In this document: in pieces, positions 1 through 12,479 of the stretch
How positions within the stretch are numbered: position 1 is the stretch's first letter
How the letters are laid out: each line of letters opens with the position of its first letter
Assembly (NCBI GenBank): GCA_000320545.1
Contig: ADNK01001859.1
Coordinates: 1 to 64,000, forward strand
Direction of reading: 5' to 3'
DNA: 64,000 nt
From: Bigelowiella natans CCMP2755
Taxonomy: Eukaryota > Protista > Cercozoa
Notes under the pieces: generated by a model
The model's database searches: none
What the model was told of the DNA's origin: nothing
Seen by the model: the letters and a program-made list of their open reading frames with translations, nothing else
Program-made: the position numbers and the translations under genes

Positions 1-583
1 ACAATCTAGCAGGGATGAGATCAACGTGAAGCTGTCGACATTTCTGAGCCAACCCTCCTTGGTGCGGTGCATATGGCATCACCTCGAAGCTCTGTGTCCC
101 TTACCCTCATCATGCAAACCACGTTAACAAAGGACGAGGTGCAAGCACGCTACGACCAGGGGTAGGGAACCACTGCTACTACTACTGCTACTGCTGCTGC
201 TGTTTACTCCTCCTAGCTTTGTAGTCGTAGTACGGTCAGAGAACACTATCGTCAACACAAAGCCATGAGTTGTAATATACCTCAGGGTGGATCATTTTTT
301 CTGTCCTCTTCCTTCTTCTTCTTCTTCTTCTTCTTCTCCCATAATCAGAGCTTTAGAAGCTTATGAGTCTACTCAGCTGTTGATTCTTCCAGTCAAAGAG
401 GCATTGGCACACGCACAGAGTAGTGCTACCGCCCCGCTTAAAGAGGGGGAAGAACCCTTACATATGACCGCAGCATTACGAGGATCGCTTCAGCTGTTAG
501 ATAAATATCTCAAGAAGCACGACGGCATTAAAGAAAAGGAAGAAAGAGAGGAAAAAGAAGAAGAAAAGCTGCACCAACTATGA
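1..583 (+). CDS. 3' end of an unknown spliced gene (partial, runs off the window)
   Basis: Exon ending ...TKDEVQARYDQG at a GT donor near 161. Terminal exon after a (CTT)n polypyrimidine tract encodes ALEAYESTQLLILPVKEALAH...EEKLHQL* (stop at 583). No recognisable domain. Confidence 0.55.
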
Positions 584-1262
584 AAACTACCTTACTTCGA
601 TTCGAAATTAATTTGATAATGTTGTATGGGAAATAATGAAAAAACGGCTGCATCGCCAAAACTTCATATTAGGAAAAATCTTGTTGGCCTGTTTCGAATG
701 GTTTTCTTCCATCGAGTGATGAAGAGGATCAGCTCTCTTAACTGGTTCTGTCTATTGCCGTGCGATACAGCAGTGTTGCAATAATGCGTGAATCGCTGCA
801 TGCTAGCATGATGGATACATCATAGTCGTATCTATCGTATATATACATTATTTCACCATGAGCGTGTGCGCGCATAACACACACACACACACAATGTGTA
901 CTGTATATCTCGGGCAAACGCAAGCGCTAATATTTGTCTCAATGTTCGAATAGCTTTGGCGCTCACAGACTGTCTAGCTGTATAGTAACACAATAACAAC
1001 AATCCGAGTCTTGCATTTCACAAATGCTTGCGCTACCAACATACGTCGTGGCACATTGGTGATGTCCATGAGTAAACAGCCGTCGTGCTAGCAAGGTTGA
1101 TGACAACGGCTGTCCGCATTCATTCATAAATATGGAATAATTTGGTCAATTTTTACAGTTAAACATCGCATATTGGTGCTTTTCCTCATCACTCTGTACA
1201 TCATGTCTCCTCCAGCTAAGTGTCCTTGCTCCTTCGACAAAGTGTTATATCGTCTTGCCTTT

Positions 1263-4200
1263 CTAGAAGTAATCTCTGAATGTGACATCTTCTGGTCGCA
1301 TCCCGTGCTTGGATGTTAGGTGGTACCTTACCGTGAAGACATAGCAACAACAACAACAACAAAACCAACAACGGGTGCCAGCAAATGAGCAAGATAATCC
1401 AGAGGTAACCGCCACAAGTACAACCCAAACAATGAACAGAGACGATGAAGCAGCATAGCGAAATGTGCGAAGAAGCTGAACTATTGCATATTATTTCACT
1501 TACTTCATCTCCCTTTTCTTGAACTGTTGTCCGCATTTGAGGCATACACACGACCGCATGCCGCATTCAGCCTGATGCTTATCCCTCTCCCTATCACATT
1601 ACAAGTCGAAGCGCCTCAATGTCAACGAACAACAACAAACTGACCGCCATCTCCGCCTCTCCTACAAACAGGTGGCAGCTGCACCGTGTGTGACAATCAT
1701 CACAGCAATGGGGGAATATAGTAGTACTATGTATCTGTTCTCCCCCATACCACAACGATTCTTCTACAAATTCAACACGCATCACGCAAATGCTGCCTGC
1801 TGCTACTTAGGTACTACTACTCCTCCTCCTCCTCCTCCTACCTACCTCCACGTGACTCTCATTGCACAAAACGCGCATCGTAAGAGCCTCATTTTGCAGC
1901 TTCGCAGCTTATGCTCCGAAACCAGAGTGCCTGACAAAAGGAAGTATCCTATCGTATCGTGTTGCGTAATCTCTATCATCGTATTGAAGCATTCCTCCTG
2001 TCGCTCTACTTCTTTCTTGTTCTGCTGCTGTTGATTAGCGTATTACAAACCTTGGTCGCGGCAGGTTTCATTGCAGGCAAGACATTTCATTGGCGAGTGA
2101 ATTAACTCCTGTCGTTGGCACATCATCATTATCATCATCATCATTATCATCATCATCATTATCATCATCATCATTATCATCATCATCATTATCATCATCA
2201 ACCATCCTAAACACGGCTCCTTAAACATCATTCTAATGCCAAGATGTGACTGATAACCCCACTGATCATCAATGCATGCTGACCCCTGCTACTGCTACTA
2301 GTACTAGTACTAGTACCATGTGGCGTTGAAAGTGCCGTTTAGGGACCACCACTTGGCACTTGTCGCAAAACACATTTCGACGACTACACTGCATTTCGTG
2401 CATCGTTAGAGAGGACCTTGGAATCTGAAAGAAAAATAATAATAATAACAATAATAATAACATGATTATGATGATGATGGTAGGAGTAACACAGAGGTCA
2501 GTCAGCATCTCTTTTAAGAATGATGTCGTGTGTATCTGTAGTTGGTCTCCAAATTTAGGCGTTTTTTGAGAGACTATGCAAGCATAGCATTGCACATTTG
2601 CAGCAGCAGCAGCAGCAGCAATGATATATGTTTCTACTTGTCACGATAATCACATCATAATCAAAGGTGCTTCTCAATTTTACCATTCGGCGGCAGTTCT
2701 GACACTGCGCCAAGTTACTACTGCTACTGTTGTCGACCCCGCTTTTATGGCCACCATCGTCATCACCAGATGTTCTTCTTGTTGTCCCGAGCACATAGCC
2801 TACTGCATTGCAAGCTATCAAGGAAAATATCTGCATGATTTTATATGAGAAATAGAGGCTTCTCTGCTCTATTGCCGTCTTTGACATCTTTATGTTGTCG
2901 TTTCAGGCGTTAAAGGTCGTGATTTTTCTTTCTTCTTCTTCCTCTTCTTCTTATTCTTCTTGTTCTCTGTTGTCGTCATTGTCGTCGTCGTCGTTTTCTA
3001 ACCCTTCTTTGCGTCAGCACTGCTGCTTTTTCTGGCTTTAGCCTTCATACTTAACGAGATACTCTTTCCAGAATCTTTACTGTCTCTGTATGTTCAGTGA
3101 TAATAAAAACAGCATTAATACTCCGCATACCTCGCTCCTCTTCCTCCTCCTCCTCATCATCATCATGAAATCGTTGCCCCACATGGCAACGATTTCAATA
3201 ATGATTCGGTGTTAGGAAATGATAGAATCTACAACAACAACTACTACTACTACTACTGCTATTACTACCGTATTCTTACACCGACGTAGAAAGTTGTTGG
3301 TGCGAAACTTGGATGAGAGTCACTTAGCTCTACCATCGTCCTCCTGGTGAGCACAGACAGCAACCAGTATATATTATCATAAAGATCATCATTGTATGTT
3401 TCCTCTCCATGCATGCATGTGTGTGTATCATGATGCCGATGATATTCAGAAGAAGAATAAAATCAGTAGATAAGTATTTAGAAAGACCTCCACCGCCACC
3501 ACCACCACCACCACTACTATTACTACTACTACTAATGCTACTCCGCCTCTTCCCCTCCTCCTCCTCCACCACCTCCTCCTCACTCTTCGCATTGAGAGGC
3601 GAATTGGAAGTCTTGGTGCGTGGGATGCTGGGTCTGGCTGCTGATATACATGTCAATGCCTTGTTGCTGGTGCCCGTTTGCCTGGGTGATGATGCAGTTC
3701 ATGGTAGTGAATAGTAGTGGAGGCACTAATAACGACGATAAAGACGCCTACACGATGATGATAATGATGATGATGATAATGATGATGATGATGATGATGA
3801 TACTACTACACTATCTTAAGGATCCTTCATCAGTGGCATGCACTATTATCATCATCGTTATTTTCATCGACCTTATCATCATCATCATCATCACCCTCCT
3901 CCCCCCTTCTTCCTCCTCCTCCTGCTAATTTTTTTTTTCATGCAACAGCACCACCTCTACGACATATAGCTTTGAAACATCCTCGACGAAGAATTTGCAG
4001 AATGAATACTCACTGAGGAGAAAGATACAAACATGAACAGAGAACGAAGAGAAAGAGACCACACTATGACAAAAAACATCAGAAAGTAAGTAAAATTTGG
4101 GGTTCGGTGCTTACTGCCTGCAGAGGCGACAACACACACATCATCACAAAAGAAATAGCTATTATCTGGCAAATGACTAACCCTTTATTTAGATGAACTG

Positions 4201-4709
4201 TTAGAGCTCCAGATTCTTCTCTAATGATTGATGTATCCTCCTCTTCTTCTTCTTTGTCTTCTTGCTTTGTCCTGTCATTCTGCACTGACTGCTCCATGAC
4301 CTGACCAGATTATTAACAGAAAACATCATTCTGATTTTCTTCAAATATATCTTCTTCTTCTTCTTCTTCTTCTTCTTCTTCTTCTTCTGCCAATCATCAT
4401 CATCATCATCTTTGACACCTCAGTACTGAGGTCAGTGTCCATGATGGAGACTGCAGCTGCTGATTCAGGAACAATCTTGCGAACATGCAATGCATGCGTT
4501 TTGCCCAGATATGGGATTTGCAGCGTTGAATTTGCCTCAAGAAATCTGTCAATATGATAGGTAGTGTTCATAGCATAGGAGAGATAATTTGTTGTGGAAG
4601 AACAAGAGGAGGAGGAAGATGAGAATACAAACAGATACAAAAGGAGGAATAAGAGGAGAGCGGGAGCATGATGCGGCCAATTGATAATGACGATATTGCT
4701 ACACATGTG

Positions 4710-4742
<33 letters not shown>

Positions 4743-4887
4743 CTACATCAACAATTGCAGTTGATGTAGTAAGTGTGTGTGTGCATTAATCTATCTATTT
4801 ACTAATTACTGATGGCGCCGAAGCTCAAACTCCAACACAGCTTTTCGTTCCTGTGCCATGGTTGTAATCAGCAAGTGAGTAGTGCAG

Positions 4888-4923
<36 letters not shown>

Positions 4924-6507
4924 GCATAATGTGAATCAGGTCGTCGTATTCATGCATCTTTGCATCTCCACTGGTAGGTAACATGATCATCGTCATCGTC
5001 ATCGTCGTCATCATCATCATCCCATGAACAACAACAGCAACGATGATGACGACAAGAACTTATTACTTCTTCATCGATGCTGTACCACACGTCATCCTCT
5101 GGTTGGAACCTCACCGACTCAGCCTATTATTATGAAGAGAGCGCTGCTGTTAGTATTGTGACTAGAATTGTCATCCTCACCCCCACCACCCCACCACCTC
5201 CACCATCCACACACATATTGATATGAACATCATCCTCGTTGTCGTCCTTATCCACCTTTGGCAGGAGGACAGTTTTCAAGTTTATAATGTCCCCCGAAAC
5301 CGCCCCAATTCGCTGCATTATGACCTGGCAATAATGGGAGAGGTGAGGGAGAGGATGGGAGAAAGGAAAGTAACATAGAAATAGTCATGCTCCCCCCTCC
5401 AAACCTGTTGCCGTCATTATTAATTTGTGGGTTGTCGCCTCTCTCTCTGAAGAGATATTATGGACTATCGGAGCTGCTTTCTGGTTTGTTCCTATCTAAC
5501 GTAATTATTACCTGTGGCACATACACTGTAGATGTCGGTGCTGTGAATTCGCTCACGCTTCCATGCACTAGAGTATGATCTTCTTCCTCTTCCCGCTCCT
5601 CCCCCTTCCTGTCATCCTCCTCCTCCGTCTCCATCAGACCCATTCGATTTTCTATGTCGTCCATCTCATCGTCATCGTGCTCAACACCACCACCAGCGGT
5701 ATCGGTTTTCTCCGCCTCCTTCTTTCTTCGCGATCGAATTACCATTGTTATTGGGAAGGGGACCTTAGCTTCCAGCATCTTCTCTAGCGAGCTCTGCGGC
5801 AATATCAACCTACCATTTTGTTAACGTTCGAACAACTTTGTTATCATTATCATCTACCATCATCACTACACACACGATCTAATCTAATCTAATCATGGAT
5901 CCTTGGCGTGTGCTACTACTACCTGCCCGTGCGATCAGCTTCCTTTGACTCTTGCACTTGAAGAGTAAGCCCAACCTGAGCACCATCGATGGCCTCTTGC
6001 TCCATCGTATGCAAACTGCCCCCTCCCCCCTCATGTATTCGTTGCTGACGTTCTTGTTCCCATTGCTGTCGTCTTTCCTCTGCTATCCTCCGCCTTTCAG
6101 CTTCACGCAAACGTGCTATGGAAGAGTAAGTTGTGAAGTATTTTTAGAAAACACAACAAGGACATAGCGTTTAAAGAGGTGCTCGATTCCTACGGATATT
6201 TTTCGTGGTATCGAATAACCTTCCTCCGCGCGTCTGAGTGCAGCTTGACGGTCCTCCTCTGCGCGTTTTTCCTGCTCCTTTCGCTCTTCTTCAGCGAGCA
6301 TCTCCTGGGAGAAGAAAAAGAAGAAGAAGAAAAAGATGATGATGACTTTAGATGAAAGAGCTAAAGTACTCGCATGAATCAAGTATGAAGCAGAGGTATG
6401 TACCCATGTAGCAATGTTGATGGATTCTTATAGTGCTGCATTGCGATGAAGATTATTAGTACCTCAATTTTCTGGCGCTCCTCCGCGAGTTTCTCTGATT
6501 CCTCCAT
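1263..6507 (-). CDS. UFD1-family protein with N-terminal coiled coil and C-terminal TRAF-type zinc fingers (multi-exon)
   Basis: Spliced exons give an E/R-rich coiled coil (MEESEKLAEERQK..., EAERRRIAEERRQQWEQERQ). UFD1 motifs follow: ILPQSSLEKM, HGSVSEFTAPTSTVYVPQ, INLKTVLLPK, VRFQP, AVLEFELRRH, LHVRKIVPESAAAVSIMDTDL. Cys/His fingers follow: CQNCRRM, HEMQCSRRNVFCDKCQ, EHKLRSCKMRLLRCAFC, KHQAECGMRSCVCLKCG. Last exon YHLTSKHGMRPEDVTFRDYF* ends at 1263. Confidence 0.85.
2120..2198. repeat. (CATCATCATTAT)n compound trinucleotide repeat in a UFD1-like gene intron
   Basis: 12-bp unit repeated about 6 times. Representative of the many (CAT)n, (TAG)n, (GAG)n and (CA)n tracts in introns. Confidence 0.9.
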
Positions 6508-8034
6508 ATCTTTAGCATCCGCTACGGAAGGCCCCACTGCCTGAATTTTTTCGGCGACCCAACAATTCCCATGAGCTCGTCCGGGTTCTTACTATTACGT
6601 TGTCTTCTAAATGACGACGATTCTTACTGTTCTCTTCACAACCTGTATTCGCTGCACTTTTCCTGTCTTGAGACCCTTAATCTGTCCGATCTTGACCTCA
6701 TTGTCTGGCTGCTTCCTTGGAACGCGCAATCCTATGCAAATTATAGCAGAAAATTATCATATTGCTGCACTCCCATTGGCGGATATCCTTCTTACTCGCT
6801 ATACCTACGATTTTGCAGCTCTGCAGATGGAAAAGTTTGATGAGGTAGGCTTTGAGCTCAGCTGCATAAGCATAATGAGAATTAAGAGTGTTAACTCAAA
6901 AGAGTAAATTTTATCTAGCTGGCAAGCAGCCGTTTATCACAAATCGCGACGATGTTATGGCTAGTTTGATATCCACCGACAGTGGGGGGAGGATCTTACC
7001 AATGGTTCGGGCGGGGGCGAAGTCGAAAACCTGGATTTGATCCTGATTTCAATGAGGCCAAAATATCATAGTGTTTAATCAATTACATTTGAAGATGAAA
7101 CATCAACCGTATGTATCCCTAAAAAAAAAGGGGAATTCACAGAGTAAAAAACATTGCCCACGCGATAACACGTCATCTGGCAACGTTGTAGCGAAGAAAC
7201 ATCGGAATGAAACCTTCCCCATCACCCCCCTAAATACTAGCCAAATGATTCATCAAATAGATTGTAGTCCGACTTTGTGCTTGGCTTGGAATCGCTGAAT
7301 AGCAGTGGCCATGCTTTCGTTTGTAGTGCAGAGGGGCTCCTTCCTCTTGCAAGCTTTAGTTTTTTTTTCAGATCGTGGTGCTCATTCCAAGTAAATTCCG
7401 TGAGTGTCAAATGCCATTGATTCTAGGGCAAAATTCAGTTTTTTCTCATGTCTCGTCAAGGTATCCCCATCAAAACTGCTCGAAATGTCCTTGACGAACC
7501 TTACCTAGCAGCCCAGCAGCCATACTTGTTGGAAAATTGAGATGCGACATGTAATGATTAAAGACGCATGTCTGGAAACCTATGTTTTTTGGGTAATTTC
7601 CCGAGATTATGAGCTTCCTTACATCCAACGTCTCTCCTCCTCCTTCTCCGTTCAGATGTCCCGAATAAATTTTTGATACTAAAATTTGCCAGCTAGCTTT
7701 TGTTTGTGCGACAACAAAATCTTTGTCGCTGCTGTGAAATAGGCATCTTCTTTTTGTAGTTACCGCACCTGATCATCAAACTCCATAACCCGGGAACCGT
7801 TCTCTGGATTACCCTCACCTCCGCCACAGCTGTCCCTCTGATACCGTGATAGAAAGGTAAAGTATAATGAAAAGAATATCAGGGAATCCTGAGTGAAAGT
7901 GGATCGGCATGATGTTAATGTATGGAACTCTTTTTAACCACCTGATGCGCTGTACCTGTACAAATTTATTTCACTGTGTAGCGGAGCTTCCGGGCGAGAA
8001 ACTTCAAAACAAAAGGAACGTAAAGTTTAGCATC

Positions 8035-9499
8035 ATGAGCGATCCTTTCAAAAGTTTTGATAGTGGATTCGGCAGCTCCAACAATTCAAACGCCTTCTCC
8101 ACCAGTTCGTCTTTTGTGCAATTATCTACTCGGTTCAAGTCGATTCCAAACAATGAAAAAATCAAGAAGGATATGATCCAATTAGAGTGAGGCTCAGTAA
8201 AAATTGAAAAAGAGTAAGACAGGCAGATATACTGATAGCGTCTCTCTGTAAAACTATTAGGGAACATTTGCAAAAGCAGAAAGCAGTCAGTGAAGCAATA
8301 TCAAAACATTTCAAAGATTCAAAGTCTAGCAAAGATAAGGTTCAAACAATGTATCAATGAAGTTGTAATCTGATTTTGCACCCTATAGATATTCTATTCA
8401 TTCTTATTGCTATCCAGGGCTATAAAAATGGCATAAGCGATCTGTCCCGCGATGTTGCGATTCTTGGAAGTTCCATTGCAAAAACAATGAGTACTATCGT
8501 GCTGTTCGAGCGCGCAGCAAGAGAAGATCTTCGCACAAAGGATATTGCAAACAATATTTATTACCGAATGAAGAATGCTGGGAGCGCCTATCAAGTCATA
8601 CCATCCACCAAAATCTCTTCACTTGCAACTAAACAGTGACGTTCTTACTATTGTGACACAGGAAAAACTCCATTTGCCTTCGACCTATTTCACTCGAAAA
8701 CTGAGACAATTTAGGGAGACAATGCGAAGTACGGCCATTTTATTAAAAAAAGAACCCCAGTAAATAATACAGTTTGATTGTGTGTCAGGCGTCTCTGTAG
8801 ATATTCAAGAGCTGGAGCAATTCTTACAATCTTCGTTGCAGTCTCAAGGAATGAGCAATCCTGACACCCTCAAAGACACCCTTCGGCGACATCATGACGG
8901 TCTAGTTAATGTTACAGCAAAGGTTTCATCGCTAAGCGAAAAATTAAAAGAACTGCGCCAGAGGTACAAGGACTACCGTGCGAAGTATGGCGACACGAAG
9001 GACCCTTTTGAGGTGGTGAAAAGGACTCATAACTTCTGATTTTCAAAACCAATCCCCTCTTTTCATGATGATGAAGAAATGCTGATGACTTACATGTTAC
9101 TCGATCAAAGGTGAAGAAACTGAAACCAATTCCGGTTCTAAGACTGCAGGGCAGGTGGGTTGATTTTTCCTACAGTGATAATTGAGTGCTGACTTGTCTA
9201 AGATTTATCATTTGCAACAAATTGAATGAATCATCCTTTAACTTTAAGTTCGGGGAACTCGCAGCAACAGAATAATGCCAGGTAAAATGGTATATCTATC
9301 TGTCGCCACCTTGCTTATGGATGTTTTTGGTTTCCTTATATGTTTGGAATTGAGCACAGTGGAATTGGGTTCGGTGGTTTTAATAATTTTAGTAATTTTG
9401 GCAATTTTGACAGTTTCGGCAACAACAACAACAGCAGTAGTAACAACAGCGGCGGTTTTGGTGGCGGTTTTGGTGGCGGTTTTGGCGGCGGTTTTGGCG

Positions 9500-9546
<47 letters not shown>

Positions 9547-9586
9547 GGCGGATTTGGCGGCGGATTTGGCGGCGGTTTCGGTGGGG

Positions 9587-9630
<44 letters not shown>

Positions 9631-9810
9631 GGCGGATTTGGCGGCGGATTTGGCGACGGTTTTGGCAGCGGTTTTGGCAGCGATAGTAAAAGCGACAGTA
9701 GCGGTTTTGGCAATAGTTTTGGTGGAAGCAACAGCGGCTCTGGAGGCGGTAACGCTGGCGGTTTCAACTGGGACAGTGGTTTTAGCAGTAGTAAGAAAGG
9801 GAAAAAATAG
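8035..9810 (+). CDS. NUP58: Nucleoporin Nup58/Nup45 (Nup49-like) with C-terminal FG repeats
   Basis: Coiled-coil exons carry Nup58-like motifs LPSTYFTRKLRQFRETMR, IQELEQFL and LVNVTAKVSSLSEKLKELRQRYKDYRAKYGDTKDPFE. Last exon is GGFG-repeat rich and ends in a basic tail (SSKKGKK*), like metazoan Nup58. Confidence 0.8.
9449..9680 (+). repeat. Coding tandem repeats (GGCGGTTTTGGY)n and (AACAGC)n in the FG domain, duplicated as a block
   Basis: Alternating GGFG x3-4 and (NS)n blocks occur twice. Confidence 0.9.
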
Positions 9811-10610
9811 AGCGACCAAGATTAGTGTGTCTTCACATGTACTGCTGGTACGGTCTAGCCATGTATCGTAGAAGATGCTTTGATCCGGAAAATGAATGCA
9901 ATTTGCAAATGATGATGTAAATGCTCTAGCTAGCTAGTGCTTCTGCAGCAACCTGATCTTGTGCATGCGCATGCGACACAATCAACTGAAGCCGGGCGTA
10001 TCATTATTAGTGCTCGCCGCTCTGTGCATGCAAATCAAGCACAATGTGCGTCGTGTGCAATGCTAGAATGTGCGATCGCATCCATGCAGCAGCCTGTCAA
10101 CCAAGAGTCAAAAACATGCACCATGGAAGAGTTACTAGGCATCGCCTAGTTATGTTTGATAGACGTGCCGAGGTCATATTGATCCATATTTTACAGGTAG
10201 CATGGACACGCTGCATGGCTGATGGGTATTATTTTTCAATTTTTCTAAAGCTCTACACGCCTGTAGTTTGGCGGCGTACGTAGCCTAGATCTGCCTACAA
10301 TGCAACGCCTCTTGCTTCAGAACGCAGTGTGTATTGTAGGCTCTAGGGCTGCACGTACTTGACGGTGATACTGATTTATTTGTGCTGCAGTGTACCACGT
10401 GTGCAGATACACGCGTACAAATATGTACATAGCTAGTCTCGGGATGAGCGTTGGAAATCTTTAATTTGTCCATTGCATCCGTCTCATATGTGTACATGCT
10501 ACATACTTAGCTGTTGTATGTAGTTTAGTACACACGCGCTTCCACCCGCACAATAACCACCCTGTGCGCGAAGCACACACACACACACACACACACTTCA
10601 GTTCACTTGG

Positions 10611-11873
10611 TTAGTTGGTCCAAGGAGATACGGGATTGAGGGGCTTGGGATGAGCAGCTAGAATAATCTGTTTGTGGAGCATTGTCAGCATAGACAGGTC
10701 GCGGATTAGCACATCAAAACTAGTTTGAACGTGCTTTTCCCAGAACTTCGAGGCTAGATAGGATGCTACTAAAGGAATTTTCGTGCCAGTAGACTTGGTC
10801 GGAACAATCCAATGAGTAAAAGGGGCTGAATCATACGTGTGATTACTGCGGCGACGCTCTAAGGGTGCGTCACAACATGTAATTTGACCATTTCTTAAGA
10901 CCTTATGAAGCTTGAAGTTACTTCCATATTTCTCATGAACAATTACATCGTTCATATCGATGGCTGAGTCAGTCTCCTCATAGAGGTACTTAACTAGTGG
11001 GAAGAAGTTGATGCGAATTGCCCACATCAAGAAAGTAAGCGCCTTAGAGTTTCCATGCCAATTGAAACGACGTCTCCTTTCCACAGCGCTACCAAGCGAG
11101 TAGGCTGGAAGAAATGTTTCATCCACGTCAATTTTTCTGGACTCGACAAGGTATTTGATAATATCCATAAATTTAGCGAGTGTTTTGAAATCGGTATGGG
11201 ACAGAGCTTCGACCTTTTCCGATCTTAAGACGCTTAATCCAAGAAGAAAATAAATTGTTGCCTCCAGTGGCACTGAGGCGCAATTTTTTAGCTTTGTCCT
11301 TGCTCCAGCATATTCAAGCAAAAAACGAACATGTTCAAGGTTTCCAGATGCAATAGCAACAGTGAGCGGTACCTCGTTGCAAAAGGGATCATTCACTAGT
11401 GCCTTGGCGTCTACAAGATACTTCAGAACTTCTAAATTGTTAGTATCCACGCTAGCAGCCCCTGCTAAGGCGGATTGTCGTACGGTGTAGCGCTGGCTCT
11501 TGAGCTCAAGGTCTGCATTTTTTTCAACAAGATACTTTACGATGTCTAGGCGGCCATTAACCGCTGCCGTGTGAAGTCCTGACTCAGCATCTGCTTTTCC
11601 TTCCTCAACTAGGCATTTAATGATCTCCATTCGGCCGGAGTAAACGGCTATGTCGAGGGGCGTTCTCGCAGACAAGATATCGAGACTTTCTTCATTTCTT
11701 TCTAGTAGACAACGTACCATGCATAGATTTCCCTTCTCTATTGCAACTTTAAGCGGTTCCACCAAGTTAGTGCTCCCGCTGAAGAGGCCCAACTGCACCT
11801 TCACCGCCTTTGTATGTCTAGAATTAGAGTTATCGAAGATGTGGCTCCCATTGATTAGGTTCTCATGAATCAT
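10611..11873 (-). CDS. Ankyrin-repeat protein, intronless, 420 aa
   Basis: Ankyrin consensus repeats: PLKVAIEKGNLCMVRCLLE, TPLDIAVYSGRMEIIKCLVE, LHTAAVNGRLDIVKYLVEKNAD, PLTVAIASGNLEHVRFLLE. Confidence 0.9.
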   Translation of the reverse strand: MIHENLINGSHIFDNSNSRHTKAVKVQLGLFSGSTNLVEPLKVAIEKGNLCMVRCLLERNEESLDILSARTPLDIAVYSGRMEIIKCLVEEGKADAESGLHTAAVNGRLDIVKYLVEKNADLELKSQRYTVRQSALAGAASVDTNNLEVLKYLVDAKALVNDPFCNEVPLTVAIASGNLEHVRFLLEYAGARTKLKNCASVPLEATIYFLLGLSVLRSEKVEALSHTDFKTLAKFMDIIKYLVESRKIDVDETFLPAYSLGSAVERRRRFNWHGNSKALTFLMWAIRINFFPLVKYLYEETDSAIDMNDVIVHEKYGSNFKLHKVLRNGQITCCDAPLERRRSNHTYDSAPFTHWIVPTKSTGTKIPLVASYLASKFWEKHVQTSFDVLIRDLSMLTMLHKQIILAAHPKPLNPVSPWTN

Positions 11874-12479
11874 GCAAGAAAGTAGTTGCCCTGCTTAGGA
11901 GATCGAGCCCCTCAAATTTGCGGTAAAATTAAAAAAGGTAAGCAAGGACAAACAATTTTGTTTAGTTTTTTGGTGTAAGTCTGTCAAAACACACCTGCAG
12001 ATCCCCATTTCTGGCAGCTTCACATAGAGCAGCCCTTATATTTTCTTTTCGATGTGTGGGCGACGACATCTAGGATTGTGAACAGGGCAAGGGCCACATA
12101 GCGCTATTCCGAGATTCTCTTCGTATCGCGTCGTTGGAATGTGTGATGATAATAATATGCGCTGGAATGAAGACAGATCGTAGACTTTTGAGTTACATCA
12201 TAATATCAATGATCTTTACTTGGATAAGAGCCTATCGGATGCTGTCGCTTCAAATAATTCCCCTCTAACGTTGTATACTTGACACTACTTTGAGAAACCT
12301 ATCGTTCTGAAAAGTCATCTTGTCGCGATCCAAGTGAAGCAGGGCATTCCACCTATTCTAAGACCACCTTTTGGGTTTTGAGGCATCGTGTTCATTCGGA
12401 TGTCGAAGATGCCCCAAAGCCCCTATTTTGGAGGGTGACTTAGTACACATTGCCAAGACCATCTTTGCAAATCCAAGTG

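Noticed and set aside
6571-7298. Short ORFs in the UFD1-like/NUP58 divergent spacer
   Set aside because: No recognisable domain or convincing exon chain. A small gene cannot be fully excluded.
9244-9871. Overlapping ORFs rich in AVAVAV, ATATAT or PPKPP/LLLL
   Set aside because: Alternative-frame and antisense readings of the Nup58 FG-repeat exon.
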